Shown here one piece after another: positions 24,441 to 34,000 of a stretch of 64,000 nt of DNA. The notes under the pieces were generated by a model that saw only the letters and a program-made list of their open reading frames with translations, was not told the origin of the DNA and did not search any database. Made by a program: the position numbers and the translations under genes. Source of the stretch: Octopus vulgaris (Eukaryota); the NCBI GenBank assembly GCA_951406725.2, contig OX597822.1, forward strand, positions 36,394,001-36,458,000, in the 5' to 3' direction. How positions within the stretch are numbered: position 1 is the stretch's first letter; every line of letters starts with the position of its first letter.

Positions 24441-24955
24441 TAGTCACTACGGTGTCACATGTTATTGAAAGAAATTTTGGCTGCTATATTTCAGCAGGTC
24501 GAGCGACCGCGTAAAGTTCATTAAATATCTATTTCTAATAATATAACAAGCGATTTTACCAAAAATTTAATTCTGAAGATGAGAAACAAATTAAAATTCA
24601 ATCTAAATATAAATATGATAATCATCACCCAAACCAAAAATTAACGTTTCGGTATTTCCCGTTGTTTGTTGAAACAACCAATTCCGGTAGTAGTTCGGTT
24701 GAACTCGGCAATGTCCGTCAAATCAGTTTGAATGCATTAGTTTCCTGGTTGGACGCTTCAACTGTTTTTAGTTGCCGCTACAAACGTCATACAAACGTCG
24801 CACTATTATTTCAAGCAGGCAGGCAGACATCAGTGAAGAAATACATATACGAAGTAGTAAACCGTCTTTGGTTGATTCACAATCAACAGTTTCTTTCAAT
24901 CCACTCTTAAGGATAGAGAGAGAGTGAGAGCTAGATATATTCAAAGGAAGCGAAA

Positions 24956-25016
24956 ATGTCGGCTCACGATCAGATTCGTGCTATGCTCGATGAATTAATG
25001 GGCACAGGTCGAGATG
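24956..25016 (+). CDS. LUC7L: LUC7L coding exon 1 (61 nt)
   Basis: MSAHDQIRAMLDELMGTGRD-G; donor G|GTAAGT. Confidence 0.95.
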
Positions 25017-28000
25017 GTAAGTAAAACATGAAAATGCAAAAAAAAAATCCTTACAAAATTTTTTTATAATTTCCTTTTAAAAGAGGAAAAACAAAAATGA
25101 TTAATTTTTCTTCTCTTGTCTTCAGTTTTTCGTCTCTTTCTTCCCTCCACGCAAGATGTACGTATTTTTTTAAAACCATTTTTTCCCCCCAAATGAACGA
25201 AGGAGAGAAAAATCATATCGAAATCTCCACAAAAAAAAAAATCTCCAAATATCAAAATAATTTTGTTACTAATGTAAAAAAAAAAAGAAAAAAAGTCTAA
25301 CTCGAGAGAATGATTTGAACTAAAGTAGCCTTTTTTTCATCTTCAAAATTGTGTAATATATTTTGGTAATTATAAAAGCTGTATCGATGTCGGTGTTTGG
25401 ATGATGATGTTTGTTCGTTCGTTGATTTTTGTCTGCTAATAAATCGTATGAATGTGTAAATTTTTCCCCCACCCCTTGTACATATATGTATGTAATATAT
25501 ATATGAAAGAAAGACTTGGAATATGAGACATTGAAATCTCTCTCTGTTGAAAAATTTTGGCAGTGACGAACGGCCATATTGAGTCGTTTTTACTCTTATT
25601 GAGAATTAAACGGAAAGCAAATTCAGTTAAATAACACCAGACTATCCTCGTTTATAGCATTATTTTGTAGTATATGTGTGTTTTAACACTTTTCTCTCAA
25701 TCGTCGACATTTTATTTGCTAATGTTCTCCTATTTACGTTGAAATTTATTTTCGTATTGTTTTTAGTATCTGCGCTAAATTTCTGGTTTAATTGCATTTC
25801 TTGTTTCTTCTAATAATAAAAAAAGATAATCATCGGTGAATGACTACGTGTCACTCAGTTGTTTCTACAACGGATTTATTGATGGATTTTAATTTGAATA
25901 ACAAACACCTCGAAACAATCTAGTTGAAGGGTCAAACTCATTATATATATATTCAATTATGATTTTTAAAAATTTAGACTGCGTGTCACTCCAGGATCTA
26001 AAACTGGTTAAGATATTTATCTCAAACATCTTTTTATATGTCACAGTTCTCCTTGGCAAACTTATTGGATATTAAATCAATCTGATTTTCGGGTTTCGAT
26101 TTTTTTTATTGAAATAAAAGTATGTTCAAACTCCGAAGATAAAACAATGACAACAACAAAAAAACAACTGTCGAATATATATTCCACTTAATTGATAGTG
26201 CTTAATTGTCTTATTTCCATTGTATTTTGTCTTTGCTTTGTTCTCTATAATTGACTAATTATAACAATAGTGATGTTAAATGGATCGTTGCGTTATTTTT
26301 TTCTGGTGTTTTTTTTTTCTTTTAAGTTTCCTAATTATTTTCTTTTGTGCAATTGAATAATGGCGTAGTATTTGGAATCTGGTGTTTTGGTCGATATAGT
26401 TTGAAGACGGCTAACTTCTTATATGTATATTAAAAAAAACACTGGAAACCTATGTAAATTATAACTGTCAGCTGCCTTTACAGCAAGCTTATATTGTTTT
26501 ATTAGATACATATAACTGTGGTCTTTTTAGCAACTGCAGCACCCCTTTACGTATTCATCATGTAATAACCCCTCCTCTCCATCACTTGGCAGTGAAAGTA
26601 GTTAAGAACACCATTCGTTTTTGCGTCTTTTTACACTGCAGAAAGATGATCCTTTTTCTTGGTCGTCAGACCAACAGTCTTCTCGGTTTCACATTGTTAC
26701 AATATTTTTTGGTATTTTTTTTTTATTCTGTTTATTATTATAAGTGTAAAAATTGGTTCAGAAACCAAATGGTAGTCTAATTTTGAACAGCTACAATGAT
26801 AATGGATTATATATCTCGTTGGTTTAGGACGAAGTGCTGACCTGATTTTCTCTCTTACACAGACACATACATACACACACACACGTAATTTCCTGTAATT
26901 GCTTATAGGTAATCGGTTTGCGACTAGAAGTCAAAAGGCAGAAAATAGAATGTGCATTATTTATTAAAGCTTCATTGCGATAGGAAATTTTCCCAAGTAC
27001 GTCATCGAAATAAAATATCATCTTGAGTGCATTTCATTGTGCATATAGGTTCCTTTGTAGAGAGGCAGTCGTCAGCAAACTTAATCGGATCCGTTCTTAT
27101 ATTACAATGAGAAGTTAAGCAATAAAATTAATTTTTTTTTTTGAATCCACATATATAAGATCAACACTATGTCCAGTAGTGTCTATTATACATTAATAAA
27201 ACTGCATTATGTAATGTATTTGAATGTTCCATTGTTAGAATAATAAAATAACTTGAAAATCGGAGAAATCATATTAGTAAATATTTCATTTAAAGGTTTG
27301 ATGAGATATCAGTTAGATCTTTGGTGTATGAATTGCATTTCATAAAGATTTGATCGTTTATATATATTATATATATTGATCTGTTCACAGATATAGATTT
27401 CTTATTTTCTGGAAATTGCAATTTTATCTTATGAAATATAGCAATATAAGTTGACATTGAGTTAGCATTATGAAAACAAGCAAGTTTTTTTCATGTTTAA
27501 TTCTAAACTGTGAATTGCCAATTGTTCCTGCTTCAGATTTAAGGGTTTTGTTGCTTCCTTTTCGAAAGTTTTAAGAACACAAAATGGCTGAATTAAGTCC
27601 TTGGCAGAGAAATGGTTGGTGAAAATACTTTGTTGAATTGTTGCTGGAATAATTTCTGCTAGTAATGCTGCTGAAAAATCTTTAGATTGTGGCAAATGCT
27701 GATTTTTATTTTAACCAGAGGTATTGAAATATTGCTATTTTACAAAATTTTGGTGATTTGTTCAAGTATTGAACAAACCTCTTAGGGTTGAGGACTTCAA
27801 ATATATAATTAGAACCTATTATTATATTCATATGAATATATGTTTTTACTTTTAAGTAGCTTTTTCTTTTTTTTTTTAACACTTTATACACAAATACTGC
27901 TTATTTTTTTTTAATTAATGACATTTGGCTTGATTTTTTAGTGTGGATTTCTTAGATTTTAGGTATGTATTTGTATAAAGTTGCTGCCAAAATTCTGCCT

Positions 28001-31000
28001 GAATACCTTATTTATTAATGTCAATCCCTATTTTTAAAGGGGAGAATGTTATGTGGTGTTATCAAGTCAATATTGCAAAGCTGGTGAACCCCAAGCCGTG
28101 AGTTCAATTTCCTAACTATTTCCAGAGGATCCTTGTTTGCATTATTTCCAAGTAATCACTGTCATGCTACTACTGCTACTACCTCTTCTACTGTGTTGGT
28201 CCAACAAACTGGTCTTTATTATGAGTGTAAATTTTTTTTGTTTGTAATTTGGCATGTAATGTATATTGTCAAATTAATTTTTCTCCTTGATAAATAATTG
28301 CTGTTTATATTTGTAATTGGCTCTGGCTATTTTAACAAGAGAGAAAAACATTATTAGGTAATTTGTTTTAATTATAATTTGTAAGTGAAATAATGCTAAT
28401 TTTTATGTAGTTAGTTTTTTTCTTTTGTTTAAAAAAAAGGGAAGCAATGAGCTGGAAATCTTTTTTCAGATGAGGGCTCAGGTTGAGGCCACACCATCAT
28501 ACCCTGGCGGCAATAGGTGGGGATTTTGCTGTTGCAAAAATGGATTAATCGCAGTGTGTATTTAATGTATATACTCAGTGGAGATTGCACATAGCTACTG
28601 TGTGCAATGTTTTGACTTTTTTAATACATATTTTTAAAATAAATTATATATAACTATTTTAGACTGACATTTTACATCATAAAATTCATTTAAATTTCTG
28701 CTTACATTTTAACCAGTAACTTTGTGATAATTTAGGAATATTTCATTTGCATAAATTTTAATGCCATTAAAAATACTTGAGATAGTGATTTCACTCTAAA
28801 ATATAAAACCCTTCTCAATGTTTTAACTTACTGATGGAATATAATTTTTAAAAAAGGGTTTGTATTATATAGAGACACTCCCAGTTCTACTTTACAAATA
28901 GAATAGTTAAAATTAGATCCTTCCAAGGTTATCATTTACTATTTAAAAACATTGATTATAGGAATCACTCTATTACTGAACAATTAGTTGTTTTTTTTTT
29001 TCTATTAACTTCAATTTCCAAATATACTGTAGCTTTGTTGAATATATTGTTAGTTTACTTATGCTATGGTAGATTAATCATGAATTTATGCTATAAAACT
29101 CTAGCTGTTGTATGATGAATGCTGAAGAAAGCATGGTGTCCTGATCAAGTTCTGGTAAGTTTGCACAATAACATGTCAATGTCATCATGATATGGATACA
29201 AAAGCAGTTTTCAAAATAATCTGCTTTAACTCTTTCATTGCTTTTCCCCTTCATCTTTTCATAACTACCTTCATTATTTTATTGTGCTGACATTTTGCTA
29301 CAGCCTAGTAGTATTGATGATCAACAGATTTTGAATGAATGCTCCTGTTTGCTTACCTGGTTACTTAAATCTGTCATACTTTTGGGAAGCTTACGTAAGT
29401 GTAACCTTAGTCTGTTTTTCCCACCCCAAATGTGTCAGCACCCCATGCCACTTAAATTTTTTTTTTAATCTCTTTTCATGAAACTTAGCTTTGGTTAGTG
29501 CCTCATTTCTTCAGCAATATAAAATGGAAGAGTTAAAGCAAGTATTTTTATTCCTTGTAAATGGACTTGTTCTGCAGTATGAACATTAGAAATCAAAAAG
29601 ATTCCACATGTTGCTACAAGGCAGGATTTCAAACCAGTGATTTGATAAGTACTTTTTAAATCTTTGTGTTCACATCAAGAAAATCAAAATTATATGGATT
29701 GATTTTTTTTTTTTTTTAAATATTTTTCAATTTATATTTTGGTATTCCTAGATTTTCTCTTAAACTTTTTGCCTTGCAAAACTTTGTGGAACCTTTTTAT
29801 CCTCTATTAAAAAAAAAAGAAAAAGAAAAAATTAACAAAGTCCTCAAGTTGATAATTCTTAGACAGTACATTAATTTGTCTTTCTACAGCAATTTATAGT
29901 TTTGTCAATAAAGGAAATGCAAGCAAGATGTTTGCTTTCACATTCTTGAAAGCTCTCTATATATGTATTCTCATTAGTTTCTACATCTTTCTCTCATGCT
30001 CACATGAGTTTGAATATATTGTATTGTTTTCCATTGTCACAACCCTTAATTGTTTTTCAAGTAAGGGATCTCTTATTTCATATGTCTTTAAAGGCACAAA
30101 TATATTTCTTCTGACTAGATGTCTGTCAAAAAATAAACATGCTAATCAGAATTTTAATGATATCAATTCCATAAAACAAAAAAAGAGGGCTTTGTTGTTT
30201 GCTATTTCTTTTTTTTTAATACCAAAAAAAAGATACCCTTTGCAATAAAATGCTTTATCGTTATTGTTACTGAGAAGTTTGGCTATGCTGGATTGCTTTT
30301 AGGGGAAAACAACAAGTACAAGGTGAAGTTTGATGATCCTCGGGTATGTAAGAGTTTCCTGCTTGGCTGCTGCCCCCATGACATACTCTCAAGCACGGTG
30401 AGTTTCTCTTAAATATTTACTAATAAGGCTGAGCAAAATGATTTCTTCATGCTGATTTTGGTACGTAGTTGGCTTGATAGTGTGTATTCTTTAGGTGCTC
30501 ATTGTCGGGATTTTCAATTTTAATAAATTACAACTATATGTAGATATCAAATTAAGTTACAAATACTTTGTAAATATTGTATGGTAAATTTTACAGTCTA
30601 GCTTTTACAAGAAATTAAGCGGATGACACATAGTCACAGAAAATTATAAAGCGCATGTGTATGTAATCTTCATAAACTTTTTGGTTTTAACTTAAATTTC
30701 ATGTGCTATGCCAGATATATATGGCGTTATTTTCTTGAACTGAATCTTCAGCCGTTTTTTGATTTCCAGTTAGAGCTGTTGCAGTTATGTGACTAATGCC
30801 TTTGCAATGATACTCACTACTTAATTATCATTTGGCATATTCTGAAAGTTGCAGTATTGTAGCTGGGAAATCATTTTTAGATTTATCTTTGCTGTTTTAT
30901 TATAAAAACAGAATGGTTGAACATTTGTGGAAAGATATTTAGAACTATCTATTAGAATATAAAAGCATTGTTTTTCTAATAACTGAATGCTTAGTAATGT

Positions 31001-34000
31001 TATGTCGAAGAGTATTAGCTGTTTAACATACAATTTTAGGTCAAATGTCTTTGAAAGGCTTTTGACAATGCTTGCTTAAAATCCTCATTGTTTTAGCAAT
31101 AGAGAAAGCAGTTTGTAATTTCATTAGTTAACATGCTGTATTAGAACAAGTAAACTTAGAAGTGTTAAGTACTAGGTGTAATTCAGTACTACCTCTTTGT
31201 TAGATGACACTTTTTTTTCCTTTTAGGGTTTTCATGCATGGCAAGGGCATCTGGTCAGTCTACACTGCAAACATTTTGACTAATTAAAATTGTTAGTCAG
31301 ATGTAATTACAAATTAATAATGGAGAATTGACTGATTGTTTTCAAAATATCCGGCAACTATCGATCTTGTATAGTGTGCTGCTTTTATTTTTTCTAATTT
31401 GACAAGTATCTAGTTAAAATAGATAGCTATAAATTCAGTCATTGTGTTGATACATTAGAACTATCTAATATTGTTTCCATCTCTTGCTGCCAGCTGCTAA
31501 GTCATGCTGGGAAACCCTATTATATGTTTACATTCTCGATCATTGGAACAGGGTTGCTTTGTCTTCATTTCAGTAAACCATTGCTACAGGTTTGATGGAG
31601 TCTTCTTGGTACTAGCAAATTGCTATTAAATCAGTGCTTTTTACTACATGTGAGTAGCACTATCAACTGTTTTTGTGATGATAGTTTGGGATTAGCTTTG
31701 GCTTGTAAGTTGACTGGTTTGGTAGGGTGGGAGGGTGTAACAAAAACAAAATGCCCACTGACTATATATATATTATATATATTTGCTTTGGATCTGCAAG
31801 TACAGTTTTAAGAATTTTTTTTTTTTTTCATGCATGGTTTCAGCAATAGAATTTGTCCCCCAACACAACTCAGAAAATCACAACTCACCACTTCACATTT
31901 TTTTTTTCCTCCACTTTGTCTATTGGGTTACATCAGGGAATAAGTAATGTGAAGAACATTCTAGTTGGATTACTGGTACTGAAGGTGCTTTAGAAGAGAA
32001 GAAAATATTTTTTTAGTACATTTTGAATTGATTCAACATCAGATATTCTGCTAGTTTTTTTTTATTTTTTGAACCATGGATATTTTTAATCAGTTAATTG
32101 TATTTTTATCTCTTGCAGCGCATGGATTTAGGAGAATGTCCTAAAATACATGATTTAGCACTCAGAGCTGACTATGAACAAGCAACCAAAGGAAAAGACT
32201 ATTATTATGACATTGATGTGAGTAAAGTTGCGTTTTTATTTTAACACTTATCTTAGATCCTTCAAATAATCACCTAGTTGCTAACTGGATTGATAATTAG
32301 GGTACTTATCTCAGGACCTTGTGCACACAAAACAAAACGTCTAATTTTAAACCTAAAGCAATGGCTTTTGTTTCTTGTCCTTAAACAGTGTCCTCTGGGT
32401 TGGCTGTTCTTCTCCAAACTCTGTTTTTGGCTATCTGTCATAACTTAGAAGGCACATATGTTTCTCTATCTCAAAGGAGGTATCTTATCTGAACTTGCTA
32501 GCTACTGATCTATCACTTGCACTTCTGACAATCATAACAAACTATTTCATCATGTTGAGTTTTTCCCCAGTGATTACCAATATTATAAGTCCAGCTCTGC
32601 TAGAAAGCTTACTTCATATCACAGCTAGTGATTTTAAGAACTTACCTAAAAATATTGTTGCATTTGATATTAGCAAAGCCTTTCCACATGTCTGTAATCA
32701 CCTTAGCAAAGCTGTTTGTAGGCTGTACTTGAGCATGTCAGTAGGACTTTCTCCGACTTGCATTCTATCTTCAGAAGTTGTTAGTCCTTCCCTCCACCAA
32801 TAGCCCACTCTAGTGTTATTTCAGTGAAATACTCCATACAACAATGGCTAGTTTCTGATGGGGGAACAGGAACTACTTTAGCAACAAACAGATGTTGATT
32901 CTTTGCAAAGTATAAGTGCTTTTCCCTCTAGAACACTTGTCAAACATGTCTGGGACAATAACTCCTATATACATTCTATGATCTTGTCCAGATAACAGAA
33001 ACTGACCAATTAGAAAGATCACTAACACAATGATAAATTGTATCCTTCCACTTGTTTCTAAATGTCATTCAAACCTTTCTCCCAATAATTGGAGCTCTTT
33101 GGTGCTTCCATTTTCCTTCAGAAATTTTAAGCTAAATATTGAATTGCACCAAAATAAATTTAAAAAAATTTTTTTTTTTAAAGAAAGCAAAATTGTTATT
33201 CTTCTTTTCATGCAAAAACATGTCTATATTTTATATTTCTTTAGGCTATGGAACATCTTCAGTCGTTTATTGCTGAATGTGACAGAAAAACAGAACTTGC
33301 AAAACGGCGGTTGAAAGAAACCCAAGAAGAGCTTAGTGAAGAAGCAAACCAGAAGGTAAGGGTTTACTGATAGTTTTTTTAATCCCTATCACTTATTTTC
33401 TTTTGCAACCCCTTAAATCAGTAAAACAGTTGGGTCTGGAGTCGTTTCTTAAAACGGAAGGACAAACATTATATAATGCTTAAATTTTTCAAATATTAGA
33501 GAAACTTACCCATGTAGTATGCTCAAGAACAATCTATACATAATTTCATCTGGCAAATTCTACAATATACATCTTAGTTCTTTAGGTTCTTTCTTTTTTC
33601 ATATAAACTGGCTAGTGGGTGGGGTGGAGTGAGGGTTCATACTACAGGGAGAAACATTTTAAAGTGTTTCATTTCTAATTTCGTGTTTGCTTTGAAAAGA
33701 AATATTTGTGGGATGGTGTCATTAGAAAACATTTACATTTTTCAGAAATTTTTTGTGTGTGTGTGTATTAGGAGTATATTATTTAATTTTAGAAAATGTG
33801 TAGAAAGGGAAGTGCTGAGGGTGACATATGGCTAATGTATACTAAAATTGTATGTCAAGTTACAAATAATTGTAAATTGTTTTTTGGTTAGTCAGTATAA
33901 GACTTTCTGTGGCAACTAAATCATTTTATAAAGAAGGTTACAATCCAGCTTGATAGTCATTTTTGAAAAAAAAAAAAGGCAAACAGGAACGGCAACAGAC

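Larger units (their letters stand above)
23250..26400. promoter_or_regulatory. CpG-retaining promoter/first-exon region of LUC7L
   Basis: CG dinucleotides are visibly more frequent than in flanking DNA. ETS-like TTCCGG motifs near 23610 and 24682, CRE-like AACGTCA near 24783, YY1-like GCCATATT near 25573. Lies around the first coding exon. Confidence 0.55.

Noticed and set aside
29112-29144. C/D-box snoRNA (ATGATGA ... CTGA)
   Set aside because: The boxes span only ~33 nt with no terminal stem; a cassette exon explains the segment better.
29351-29360. U1 snRNA 5'-end mimic (GCTTACCTGG)
   Set aside because: Only a 9-nt match with no U1 body following; expected by chance, although its position inside a candidate poison exon is noted.
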